A DNA stretch of 32,000 bases from an uncultured archaeon (lineage in GTDB: Archaea; Asgardarchaeota; Thorarchaeia; Thorarchaeales; CAZPUN01), in NCBI GenBank assembly GCA_964589775.1, contig CAZPUN010000035.1:7987-39986 (forward strand), read 5' to 3'. Positions 8,514-18,032 of this stretch are shown piece by piece (the stretch's first letter is position 1; every line of letters starts with the position of its first letter). The position numbers and the translations under genes are program-made. Below the pieces are notes generated by a model that did not search any database, had not been told where the DNA came from, and was given only the letters and a program-made list of their open reading frames with translations.

Positions 8514-9382
8514 GAGGGAAATTCAGAATCCTCTTCTGAAATAGATCTAAATACACTATTTTCATTATGATTTATTACAGATTTAACCTCAGATAATACG
8601 AGTGGAGTATTATTTAAGAACAGCTCAAATTCCACATAAGGTTTAAGACCTGAAGTCTCCAATTTTTTACCCAAAACTTGCTCAACTTGGAATACACCAG
8701 CAGGGTTTTCCATTTCGATATGAATACAGACAGGACTGTTCTTACCTTCAACAATTTCGACTGTTTTTATAGCTAATGCGCTTATACTATGAATATCGAT
8801 CTTACCCTTTGATGCGGGCAACCTACTACGTCCTTCAGTTAAGTCGCAGCCGTCCCCGACTTTGACTGCCCCGGCTTCAATTGTTAGACAGGGAATCTCG
8901 TCATCATGCGACATAATTCCATGTAATATTAGACTGAAAATATCAGTGCGCTTTTGAAGATCATCAGGATACAAGTCATTGACAACTTTCTCTATGAAAT
9001 CTTTTCCGAAAATTGCAGAATATGAGGGATGCCAAATTCTATGAACAATATGGCCAATATCATGCAAAAATGCAGAAGTGACAACAACAACGAGGGAATC
9101 ATCTAAAGACCCAATTCCTTCAGATACTACATTTGGCGAAATATGTTTAGATAGCGTTTTAAGAACCTTTATCGCATTTAAGGTTGCAATATGGGCATGT
9201 ACAATACCATGATCATTATAAGATAGACGATCTACTGCCATACGATTTCCAGATATGTAATAAGCATTTAATTTTTCATCAGATGATAACAGATTAAATG
9301 CGCGAATAGCCTTTGGAAAATCCTTAAGTTCATCTAGTATTTTTTTTCTATATTTTAATACGAATTTTGATGACACAATCAA
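8510..9382 (-). CDS. HD-domain metal-dependent phosphohydrolase (COG3294-like)
   Basis: YNDHGIVH, LHDIGH, MSHD, DGCDLTEGRSR, DIHSISA, NPAGVFQVE. Confidence 0.85.
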   Translation of the reverse strand: MIVSSKFVLKYRKKILDELKDFPKAIRAFNLLSSDEKLNAYYISGNRMAVDRLSYNDHGIVHAHIATLNAIKVLKTLSKHISPNVVSEGIGSLDDSLVVVVTSAFLHDIGHIVHRIWHPSYSAIFGKDFIEKVVNDLYPDDLQKRTDIFSLILHGIMSHDDEIPCLTIEAGAVKVGDGCDLTEGRSRLPASKGKIDIHSISALAIKTVEIVEGKNSPVCIHIEMENPAGVFQVEQVLGKKLETSGLKPYVEFELFLNNTPLVLSEVKSVINHNENSVFRSISEEDSEFPS

Positions 9383-9472
9383 TAGCCTCCCTATAAGGAC
9401 AAAAATCTATGTAAAAAAATATTATAAATTTTCCTAATTAATAAATAAAAAATAAAAAGAAGTAAAGAAGGA

Positions 9473-12400
9473 CTAATCACTAATTTCTTCCTTAAGTAGT
9501 AGTAGCAATGAATCAATCGCTGCGGAAGACTTGCGAATCTTCTTTTCATAATCTGCTTTCATCTTGTCATACACAGCACGAGTGATTGTACCGCGTTTCT
9601 TGTTTTTAATGAGTGTTTCAAGTCCAGCTTTAGCACCACTGATTTGTTGTTCATGAGTTTCAATATCTCTTGCAATATCCTTGTACTTCTGACCATATGA
9701 TTCAAGTTCCTTACGAACAACTGGTAGTTCCTTAGATATTTCTTTCAATCGAGTATTTATGTCAGATTTTCTTGCACGATATTCAGCACGAGTTATCTTT
9801 CTTCGTCTCAAGTTCTCATTCATCTTATCAAGCTCAAGGTTAAGCGCCATTTTATCGGCATATAATTCAATGAACTTCTGAATGAGTTCTGGAGGAGCAC
9901 TAGTAGTTCGTGCAGTTGTTTCATGTGATTCTTCTGAAGTCGTTGGAATGATCTCGGTATGTCGCATTACAACATAGATTAATGCTACAAATCCGACAAG
10001 TAAGCTGAATAATAGTGGTCGAGCCCACACACCAGGGATAGTGACAACATATGTAATATATGGTGCATAATCGCCATAGCCTGTAGTATTAAAGTAATCG
10101 AAATAATATCCTTTTTCAAAAGGATAATAGTATATTCCTGAAACTTTTGGTGAATCAATGACAGATACATAATCAGGAAAGATATAGTTAATTCTGTGGA
10201 ATCGGATAAGTGTATTCATTAATTGTGGCACTTTGACATTAAGAGTGTAGCCGGTACCATTTGGCTTGGCGTAAACACTAAGAGGTGTTTTGAAGAATAG
10301 ATGGAAAGTATAATTCCAACCAGGTTTTAGACCATCTAATAGAAGGTCTCTATTGAAGTCTAAATCAAATGTTGCAGAAGCATTCTTGGGGAGACTGTCT
10401 TCGGGCTTTGAATTAGGTAGAATTCCGAGCTCATCATACACCTTAAAATCATACCAATATGCAGGGACAAGAATTGTATATCTGTTTAATGTTGCAGTGC
10501 CTACATTTCTTAGGGTTATGACATTATCATATACAACCCATCCCCATGGATCAACACGAATATTTGTGGTAATCTCAGCAATAACTTTTGTATGCGATGA
10601 TGTGGTGTAAAATGCTGAAAATTCTACGAAACTAAGTGGATATATATTAAGACCTGCCATATTTCTAACGGCAATAGGTACATAATCGCCTTCAGGTGCA
10701 GTAACTTTACATGTTGCATTCTTAATGACGTATGGAATTGTGGGCCACTTATAGAAACTAAACTCATAGCGTGGATTTTGTGGATCCTCGACATAATATT
10801 GTACATCACTGTACACGGCAATAAATTTGAATTGGTATTTCTTTAGTGGATACAATGGTTCAGGAAACATAACTAAGTATCGCGAATAATTAGATGTGGG
10901 AGTTAATTTCTTTACAACTATGTTTTCCATTGAGATTGTTGTAGCCCATACAGTTCTTAGGTATTTAGAATAATTCAAAGGAATAAAGACATAAAATGAA
11001 TAAACTGGCTCTGAGCCATTATTTTCAATAACAAATAGATCGGATACTTGGAATAATTGATAAACTTCAATATGAATTTCACGAAATGCATCGATTGATA
11101 AGCCAGGTTCTGCTTCAAATGGATGTTCAATTGTAATGTTGAGCAATAATGGAGTTGTTGTTTCATTTGATGCATCTGTAGCTCGAATATAAATATGATG
11201 AACACCCAACTCATATTCACGCGGATCAAAATCAAAATGGAAGACATCATGTTCTGGGCCATAGAACATAGTAGTCCAATTTCCATCATCAATTTTGATT
11301 TCAGCTATCGAAACATAGTCATTATCTGTTGCATTTATTTTAATGGTTGTAAGTGTATTTATCATGGTGTTATTTGCCGGACTGATAATAGAGACTTCGG
11401 GTAATGTATTTACTAAGAATGACACATGATAGGGATTATCGAACGAACTATGAGCACTTGGGGCATCATTAAGATCATCCGATGGGGAATATGCAAATAC
11501 AAATGTATAATTTAACGTGTTATTTAGCAGATCGATTCCATTTGAATTATGACTCTTTAAGTCGATAACATATTCTAATACAGTGTATGCACCATTATCA
11601 GTACCATTAGCAGAGATAATTCGTGTCTGATTTTCGAATGGAACACGAGTATAATAGCCAACACCATATTGTTCAGAATAAACAATTTGACTTAATCGAG
11701 CTGGATTAATGCTAAATACAATATCTTGAATTTTAATTGATAAGCAATAGATAGTGAATATTAAAGGAAGCCCATAAAATTTAGACTCTGTAGATACATA
11801 ACCTTTCTCAGGTGGAATAAATACATTACGTACTTCACCGACGCGCATGCCCAATAATCCTTCATAAAATCCTTCGATAACATTCGGATTCGAAAGATTA
11901 ACAGTTAGTGGAGAATAAGAATATTTGTCCAATCCGGCGGCCATTCCAATAGATTGAATTGAAGTATCAAATATAGTACCATTTGGAAATCGGCCTACAT
12001 AATCAACGGTTATTTCATAAGGGGCTTTTGCGCGCAATACTGTACTATAAGTGTCATTTGGAGAATATCCAGTTATGAGGTCTAAACCCTCAAAGCCAGT
12101 ATTACTTAGAGATGTAGTTCCGTTTGTCCAACCAAAGGTAATAGACCCTGAAGTCGGAGCACGCAATGCAAGATAAAGATATGTGCCATTTTGCTCAGCC
12201 CAGACTTTAATACCGGATACATTATCTGTAAATGACGCCTTATATTCATATGGATCTACAATTCCATCAGCATAACCATAATGTTTGTATACATATGGAA
12301 TGCTCATGTTTATTGTCCCAAAAGAATCAGATGGTATGGGAGTTTTATTATTTATTGCACTATTGGGTAATGAGGCATTCATTTGTGCCCCAGAGTAACC

Positions 12401-12478
12401 CAAGGTATTTAGGAAGAGCGCTACGAATATAATTGTTATAATTAAACGCTGCTTTGAGTGGTTCAATTTCCTCGGCAT
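9473..12478 (-). CDS. Ribophorin I (Ost1/RPN1)-like type I membrane protein with N-terminal DOMON, FKBP and Ig-like domains
   Basis: Signal-peptide-like MPRKLNHSKQRLIITIIFVALFL favours the ATG at 12478. RPN1-like motifs IRVDPWGWV, VYDELG, LKPGWNYTF, YIFP; one TM (RPLLFSLLVGFVALIYVVMR); charged helical tail. Confidence 0.75.
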   Translation of the reverse strand: MPRKLNHSKQRLIITIIFVALFLNTLGYSGAQMNASLPNSAINNKTPIPSDSFGTINMSIPYVYKHYGYADGIVDPYEYKASFTDNVSGIKVWAEQNGTYLYLALRAPTSGSITFGWTNGTTSLSNTGFEGLDLITGYSPNDTYSTVLRAKAPYEITVDYVGRFPNGTIFDTSIQSIGMAAGLDKYSYSPLTVNLSNPNVIEGFYEGLLGMRVGEVRNVFIPPEKGYVSTESKFYGLPLIFTIYCLSIKIQDIVFSINPARLSQIVYSEQYGVGYYTRVPFENQTRIISANGTDNGAYTVLEYVIDLKSHNSNGIDLLNNTLNYTFVFAYSPSDDLNDAPSAHSSFDNPYHVSFLVNTLPEVSIISPANNTMINTLTTIKINATDNDYVSIAEIKIDDGNWTTMFYGPEHDVFHFDFDPREYELGVHHIYIRATDASNETTTPLLLNITIEHPFEAEPGLSIDAFREIHIEVYQLFQVSDLFVIENNGSEPVYSFYVFIPLNYSKYLRTVWATTISMENIVVKKLTPTSNYSRYLVMFPEPLYPLKKYQFKFIAVYSDVQYYVEDPQNPRYEFSFYKWPTIPYVIKNATCKVTAPEGDYVPIAVRNMAGLNIYPLSFVEFSAFYTTSSHTKVIAEITTNIRVDPWGWVVYDNVITLRNVGTATLNRYTILVPAYWYDFKVYDELGILPNSKPEDSLPKNASATFDLDFNRDLLLDGLKPGWNYTFHLFFKTPLSVYAKPNGTGYTLNVKVPQLMNTLIRFHRINYIFPDYVSVIDSPKVSGIYYYPFEKGYYFDYFNTTGYGDYAPYITYVVTIPGVWARPLLFSLLVGFVALIYVVMRHTEIIPTTSEESHETTARTTSAPPELIQKFIELYADKMALNLELDKMNENLRRRKITRAEYRARKSDINTRLKEISKELPVVRKELESYGQKYKDIARDIETHEQQISGAKAGLETLIKNKKRGTITRAVYDKMKADYEKKIRKSSAAIDSLLLLLKEEISD

Positions 12479-12702
12479 CCCGTGTATTTTTTTGTGATAT
12501 ATATGATAAATATGAATTTTAATAATCATACAAATTTGATTTTTAATAATCGAATCAAACTTAGAAGTTTTGAGGTGTTACGAAATTAAAAGGTTTTCGT
12601 TGCTAAATCTGATTCACACACATTTAAATTAATCTATGACAAACATCATGGAAAATATTTTTAGATGTTTCTTCACTTGCAGTAATGAGGAGTGCATGAA
12701 AG

Positions 12703-13680
12703 ATGATAATGATATTACTTGCAGGCATATTTTCAGTGATAATTGCATTGGGACTTATTCCATTTACATTTGGAAAACTGAAAGAACGTAAAATGTATAC
12801 CAAAGACATGCATAAACCGGGACAACCAGAAGTTCTAAAAGAAGGCGGCGTAGTGATCTTATTTGGCATAATTGTAGCGCTATTGCTAATAATAGGTATT
12901 AAGACATTTTCAGGAGAAATAATTAACAGTGCATTATTAGCATCTGTAATTTCTATTCTGATTGCGGGACAAATGGGGATTTTAGATGACATACTTGATT
13001 TTAGCCGATTAGTAAAGGTGTTCATACCATTTACAGCTGCCATACCATTAATGGCACTAAAAGCAGGAAATACAACAATGCAGCTCCCAATCATTGGGGT
13101 AATAGATCTTGGAATAATATATCCATTGTTAGTTGTACCCTTAATTATAACATTTGTAATAGATTCAACAAACATGCTTGCAGGCATGAATGGTCTAGAA
13201 TCAGGACTTGCAATAATTAATGGCGTTGGAATCTTAATATTGTCAATAATAAAAGGGTTTAATGACGCTGCAATCGTATCGGCCACCTTAATTGGTGCTA
13301 CACTTGTATTTTTCAAATATAACAAATATCCCGCAAAAATTTTACCGGGAGATGTTGGAAGACTGCCCCTTGGCGCAACTATGGCAACTGCAATTATTTT
13401 AGGAAATATGGAAAGATTTGCGATTTTTATGTTTTTATTATATTTCATTAACTTTATTCTCTTCATAGTACTTACAATTAAGGTAAAACGAACTGGAATG
13501 GAATGGCCAAAATTCGCAAAAGTAAACGATGATGGAACTTTGACTGCACCGGGTCCATATACAGTATACTGGATATTACCATACTTTAAGAAGGGGATCA
13601 CCGAAAAACAAAACGTATACGCAATCATGACATTACAAGCTATCATTGTATCTATTGGATTAATAATATCATGCATTTAA
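12703..13680 (+). CDS. UDP-GlcNAc:dolichol-phosphate GlcNAc-1-phosphotransferase (AglH/Alg7/DPAGT1-like, GT4 family)
   Basis: Polytopic membrane protein with KDMHKP, GILDD, NMLAGMNGLESG (DPAGT1-type NxxAGxNGLE rather than bacterial DGLDGL) and YNKYPAKILPGD. Confidence 0.87.
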   Translation: MIMILLAGIFSVIIALGLIPFTFGKLKERKMYTKDMHKPGQPEVLKEGGVVILFGIIVALLLIIGIKTFSGEIINSALLASVISILIAGQMGILDDILDFSRLVKVFIPFTAAIPLMALKAGNTTMQLPIIGVIDLGIIYPLLVVPLIITFVIDSTNMLAGMNGLESGLAIINGVGILILSIIKGFNDAAIVSATLIGATLVFFKYNKYPAKILPGDVGRLPLGATMATAIILGNMERFAIFMFLLYFINFILFIVLTIKVKRTGMEWPKFAKVNDDGTLTAPGPYTVYWILPYFKKGITEKQNVYAIMTLQAIIVSIGLIISCI

Positions 13681-14705
13681 AATTCATTTTCTATTTTTTC
13701 TTTAAGATATTTAGATACAAAAGATAACCCCCAACGGCTCAATGCTTGTTGCTCTGCTCTTTTTCTGATTTTTTTAAATTCAAGCAATTGTGATTTCCAA
13801 GGTTCTTCTTTATAACGCGGGTCCAATAAAAGTTCATCAATCTTTTTCAAATCAGCATCTGTTAAATTCATAGCTGGAAGTTGGTAATCCTCAATATCAG
13901 ATGCATATACACCGATCCATTTTGCATCAGGAGTTACTAAATCAGGAATATGTGCAGAATTGCGACTGCCATAAACAATTACGTTTGCGATATGCATCCC
14001 CCAAGGATCTGCATCGGTAAATATGAAACATTTTAGTCCTAGTTCCTCATTTAATCGCTTGATAATCCGCCGAGCTGAACGAGGAGCTTGACCGCCAAGA
14101 TGAATTAGTATTGCGTTCATACTCTTCCAAATACTCTCTTCAATTAATCTAGAGAACATACCACCGGATTCGATAGCTATGACAATTTGCGCATTTGTTT
14201 TAATAAATTTAGAATTTGTAATAGAGGGCCCAATAGAAAACCCATCTGGATTAGATGAAAGATTTACAGATTTTCCTTCAAACCCATGAACTGTGTATTC
14301 AATAGTTAAATCACCAAAAATAGCAGAACGCTCTTCAGGGAAAATACCAAAAGATTCACGAGGTACACCTAAATACGCCTCAAGATCAGTAACAATACGG
14401 TCTGATTCATCTTGATCTTTAAAATTTACACCATACCCTTTACTCGAATAATATAAATCACGCAGAGAACTCGTTCTATTATTTTTTAATAATCGGTATA
14501 CATAATATGCGGTCCACATAAATTGATGGAAATTCTTTGCATGCCGAATGTTTCTTGAATCTTTAGTTGATTTAAGATCCCCAACTTTGAATTTTCCTTC
14601 ATCAGGTAAAAATAATACATTCTTAGAGCTTCTATCAGGTAAAACTATTTTTGGGTATTGCCCATTGTTTATATCATTAAGTATTGAATTTGCAAGTTCC
14701 TTCAA
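13677..14705 (-). CDS. top6A: DNA topoisomerase VI subunit A
   Basis: LRDLYY catalytic Tyr motif, TOPRIM IAIESGG and FTDADPWG, AEQQAL; start uncertain. Confidence 0.95.
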   Translation of the reverse strand: MKELANSILNDINNGQYPKIVLPDRSSKNVLFLPDEGKFKVGDLKSTKDSRNIRHAKNFHQFMWTAYYVYRLLKNNRTSSLRDLYYSSKGYGVNFKDQDESDRIVTDLEAYLGVPRESFGIFPEERSAIFGDLTIEYTVHGFEGKSVNLSSNPDGFSIGPSITNSKFIKTNAQIVIAIESGGMFSRLIEESIWKSMNAILIHLGGQAPRSARRIIKRLNEELGLKCFIFTDADPWGMHIANVIVYGSRNSAHIPDLVTPDAKWIGVYASDIEDYQLPAMNLTDADLKKIDELLLDPRYKEEPWKSQLLEFKKIRKRAEQQALSRWGLSFVSKYLKEKIENEF

Positions 14706-14718
14706 TTTTAATAAAATA

Positions 14719-16218
14719 TTAATGATTATCCGCCTCCAAACGAGTTAATAATTTATTGAGCTCATGTTCTGTGGGTTCGTGGTCATAAAGAATATAGTAA
14801 GCATATTTCAAGGATTTTCTCAAGTGCTGCCGTAATATCTTCTGTTGTTTCAAAGAATGCTGTACAGTTGATTCACCAACTATCATTTTTTCCAATTTTG
14901 AAAGACATTTAGAAGATATTTTGATTCCAGAATCATAGATCTCAGGAATAGTAGCTATTGCAGTTTTCTCAATATCTCTAAAAGGTACATGTGTAGAACA
15001 TATATGAAATAAAAATATTGGATATTTTTCTTTAAAAATGCGTTTATTAAATTTTAATCCTTTTATAATATTATAAAATACATCATCAGATTGAGAATAG
15101 ATAAGTGGAACTCTATTTGCAAATCTAATTAATTTAGGTTCATTATTAGAAGAAAATTTTTCACTGATAAATGCTATACATTCAATAATAAATGGATGCC
15201 CATGATGCGAACTAGGTTGAGAAATTTCATAAACAAACTGTTGTGATGAATACCTATTTTTAATAGATTCGGCAAGAAGTTTTTTTCCTAAAGGACTAAG
15301 ACATTTTGCATCTGGCTTTGGAAAGTCGAATTTGGAAAGCTCTTTAAAGATAGAGTAAAGAGTGTTTTGTGAAAGATCATGAACCTTTATATTAGGGGAT
15401 ATATTTACAAATTTGAGAAATTTTTTTGCAGTAGAAACACCCACGCGCTGGAAAGTAGATGTGAAAAATTTGAGAATTGTCGCATCATTATCTTCTTGTG
15501 CATATCGCATAAATGATTCAAAATCAATTCCATGAGGATGCGGCTTGCATTCTGGCGGACAATAAGGCATAAGTTTAGTAACACGTTCATATTTTAGAAT
15601 TAATTTGTCATTCTCAATAAATTTTAGAGAAAGGTAGGGGGCAATTAGTGCTGTTAAATTGAGATATTCGAGAATTTTTTGCCTAGCACGAACATAATCG
15701 CCTTTCGCATAAACTCTTACAGATGTACCAATCCAATTCTCTGTATTTTTGACCTTTTTCATTTCTTCAATAATCGGCTCATTATTTTTAATATCGATCT
15801 TAATTTTGTAATAGTATCGAAATATGCCATCAACAGACGTTTCTATTTCAGCAGGCATATTTGTAGAAATTTGTGAGTATAAGATAGCCATTGTGACACC
15901 CATACCTAAAGCGCCACGAGACTGACGATAACCGAATTTACTACCATAAAAAACTTTTCCAAACACATAAGGTACATTTTCAACAGGAATTCCACTACCA
16001 TTATCAATAACAGAAATTACAATAAAATCAGTATTTTTAGAATCAATCGTTAACAAAATATTGGGTAATCGCCCAATAGATTCGCAAGAGTCTAAAGAAT
16101 TATCAATAAGTTCTTTTACAATAGTGAATAAAGACCTAGACGGATTACTATAACCAGCCATTTGTCTATTTTTGTAAAAAAACTCTGAAGGACTCATTGA
16201 TTTATAGTTGGATTCCAT
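14719..16218 (-). CDS. top6B: DNA topoisomerase VI subunit B
   Basis: SPSEFF, KELIDNSLD, DNGSGIP, QSRGALGMG (GHKL), KPHPHG, RFANRVPL; ATG at 16218 follows GGTGG (GTG at 16230 is an alternative). Confidence 0.95.
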   Translation of the reverse strand: MESNYKSMSPSEFFYKNRQMAGYSNPSRSLFTIVKELIDNSLDSCESIGRLPNILLTIDSKNTDFIVISVIDNGSGIPVENVPYVFGKVFYGSKFGYRQSRGALGMGVTMAILYSQISTNMPAEIETSVDGIFRYYYKIKIDIKNNEPIIEEMKKVKNTENWIGTSVRVYAKGDYVRARQKILEYLNLTALIAPYLSLKFIENDKLILKYERVTKLMPYCPPECKPHPHGIDFESFMRYAQEDNDATILKFFTSTFQRVGVSTAKKFLKFVNISPNIKVHDLSQNTLYSIFKELSKFDFPKPDAKCLSPLGKKLLAESIKNRYSSQQFVYEISQPSSHHGHPFIIECIAFISEKFSSNNEPKLIRFANRVPLIYSQSDDVFYNIIKGLKFNKRIFKEKYPIFLFHICSTHVPFRDIEKTAIATIPEIYDSGIKISSKCLSKLEKMIVGESTVQHSLKQQKILRQHLRKSLKYAYYILYDHEPTEHELNKLLTRLEADNH

Positions 16219-16267
16219 AAAATCCACCACATAAAAATTAAAAAGATTTAAAATAAAAAAATGGGTA

Positions 16268-16855
16268 TTATTTAGGTTCGGGAGGTCGTTCCCAAATTTC
16301 TAAATCTTCAATTTTCATCTGACGCCGTTGATCTTCCAGATAACGATATACTGTTTTATGTGGAGCACCTTGAATAAGCATCTCGATTGCATGTTTTGCA
16401 ATACGGAGCTCACGATAGGTTCCAATAATTGCGGTTGTATATCCATAAACTGATACAAAAGTTCCGGTAGTTTCTTCGATTATTCGTTTTGTCTTTCCGC
16501 GCTCGCCAATTATACGTCCTCTAATTCTGTGGATTCGAGCTTTTGAATTTCCGAGAATATCACGAAGAGAAATTATTTCAAGATAATAATCATCATCCAG
16601 TAGTTTAAATGCGCGCTCAGGACTGAAACCGCGACCTATCGCCTTTATAATGTCTCGAGCTTTCCAAACTTTTATTGGATCTTCATTGTTTGGTTTTGGA
16701 TGGATAATAACTAGACCAGTTCTACTATCAACTCTAATGATTGTTTCACTATATGATTCAATTTGTTTTTTTACGGTGCCATCTTTACCTAAAATAACAC
16801 CAATTCTGTCTTCAGGTATCCTTACCTGCATTTCAGCTTGCATAATAAATCCCAT
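16268..16855 (-). CDS. KH-domain pre-rRNA processing protein Dim2/Pno1
   Basis: RIGVILGKDG, KAIGRGFSPE, GRIIGERGKT, GAPHKTVY; ATG at 16855 or 16843. Confidence 0.92.
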   Translation of the reverse strand: MGFIMQAEMQVRIPEDRIGVILGKDGTVKKQIESYSETIIRVDSRTGLVIIHPKPNNEDPIKVWKARDIIKAIGRGFSPERAFKLLDDDYYLEIISLRDILGNSKARIHRIRGRIIGERGKTKRIIEETTGTFVSVYGYTTAIIGTYRELRIAKHAIEMLIQGAPHKTVYRYLEDQRRQMKIEDLEIWERPPEPK

Positions 16856-16856
16856 C

Positions 16857-17633
16857 TTAATCGCTTTTTCCAATCACATAATCGTATACTTCTTCATATG
16901 AAGGAATTCCAATACCTAATTTATCGAAAAATCGCAATATATTTTTTATATCGCGTGCAAGGTAGCGCTCGGAATATGGATGACGGATAGAGACAGCTTG
17001 TGAAACATCAATGATTACTGGCTCATTATTTCTCATCAAGATATTATATTCACTAAGGTCTCCATGAACAAGTCTTGCTTTTGTATATGCTAGTCTAATT
17101 TGATCAATGATTTCAGACATCAGTGATTCTGGATCATTAATCTCAGAGTCCTTTAATTGACGTGCAGGCGACCCATCAACATGAATATATTCCATTACAA
17201 GAACATTTTTCTCCACAGCAATAGGTTTTGGAACTCTTACACCAGCAGAATAAAACTCTTTGAGGTTACGATACTCTTTACTAGCCCACAATGGAATTAA
17301 TACTCGAGGTGTTCGCTTTGACGCTTTAAATCTAGGATCACCCGCAATATAATCCCACATCCAATCAGGTTCCGCAGTAGTCATTCTATAAATTTTAACA
17401 ACAACCGGTGAGCCATCAGCCTGTCTTGCTAAGTAAACACCAGATTCTTTACCAGAGCTAATAACACCAACCATTTCATCAAACACATTATGATTGAGTA
17501 ATTTATACAAAACTTTTAAGGTATAAGAATCTAAGACTGCTTCAATTACCTTAAATTGAGATTTGTCTTTACGACGCTTGAGATTGTCTTCAAATTTTAA
17601 ATCAGCAAACTCGTCAAAAATATCGTCAGACAA
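16857..17633 (-). CDS. rio1: RIO1 serine kinase/ATPase
   Basis: ISSGKESGVY, VKIYR, KEYRNL, LVMEY, LVHGDLSEYNIL, IIDVSQAV. Confidence 0.95.
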   Translation of the reverse strand: MSDDIFDEFADLKFEDNLKRRKDKSQFKVIEAVLDSYTLKVLYKLLNHNVFDEMVGVISSGKESGVYLARQADGSPVVVKIYRMTTAEPDWMWDYIAGDPRFKASKRTPRVLIPLWASKEYRNLKEFYSAGVRVPKPIAVEKNVLVMEYIHVDGSPARQLKDSEINDPESLMSEIIDQIRLAYTKARLVHGDLSEYNILMRNNEPVIIDVSQAVSIRHPYSERYLARDIKNILRFFDKLGIGIPSYEEVYDYVIGKSD

Positions 17634-17648
17634 TTAAACATCACCAAA

Positions 17649-17969
17649 TTATAGGTCAGATAAATATCCTTTTCTCTTCAACCAATTAATATCGGTTTTT
17701 AAATATCGCCAGACAACATCGCCCTTATCAGTGCTTTGAAAGTCCCAAGGCACTATGATGACAATGTCACCAACTCTAAGCCATACACGCTTTTTCATTC
17801 TACCAGGTATACGTCCAACTCTTATATGACCATCAGCACATTTTACTTTTACACGGTCATGACCCAACATTTGTATAACAACACCTAATATTTCACCTTC
17901 TTCAGGGTTCGGAACCCTAACACGACCAGTCGTTTGTGATGCCGCGTCATTTTGTTTTTTCTTAGTCAA
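17649..17969 (-). CDS. eif1a: Translation initiation factor aIF-1A
   Basis: MLGHDRVKVKCADG...RIPGRMKKRVW...GD...PWDFQ...KGDVVWRY. Confidence 0.96.
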   Translation of the reverse strand: MTKKKQNDAASQTTGRVRVPNPEEGEILGVVIQMLGHDRVKVKCADGHIRVGRIPGRMKKRVWLRVGDIVIIVPWDFQSTDKGDVVWRYLKTDINWLKRKGYLSDL

Positions 17970-18032
17970 ATTGAGATATAGCCTCCAAAATATTTTAGGA
18001 AATAATATGAAAAGGATTGTGAATTATATAAA

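Noticed and set aside
12479-12529. ORF-track start at 12529 for the ribophorin-like gene
   Set aside because: Adds a low-complexity His/Ile/Tyr segment; the ATG at 12478 gives a typical basic-then-hydrophobic signal peptide.
12636-12791. 51-aa Cys-rich ORF overlapping the transferase start
   Set aside because: No regular CxxC spacing, and most of it is out-of-frame overlap; probably spurious.
12624-13676. 350-aa minus-strand ORF
   Set aside because: Lies antisense to the motif-rich GlcNAc-1-P transferase and has no recognisable motifs; a shadow ORF.
13677-14705. Meiotic Spo11-like call
   Set aside because: Directly follows a full GHKL Top6B in the usual aIF1A-rio1-KH-top6B-top6A cluster; ordinary Topo VI.
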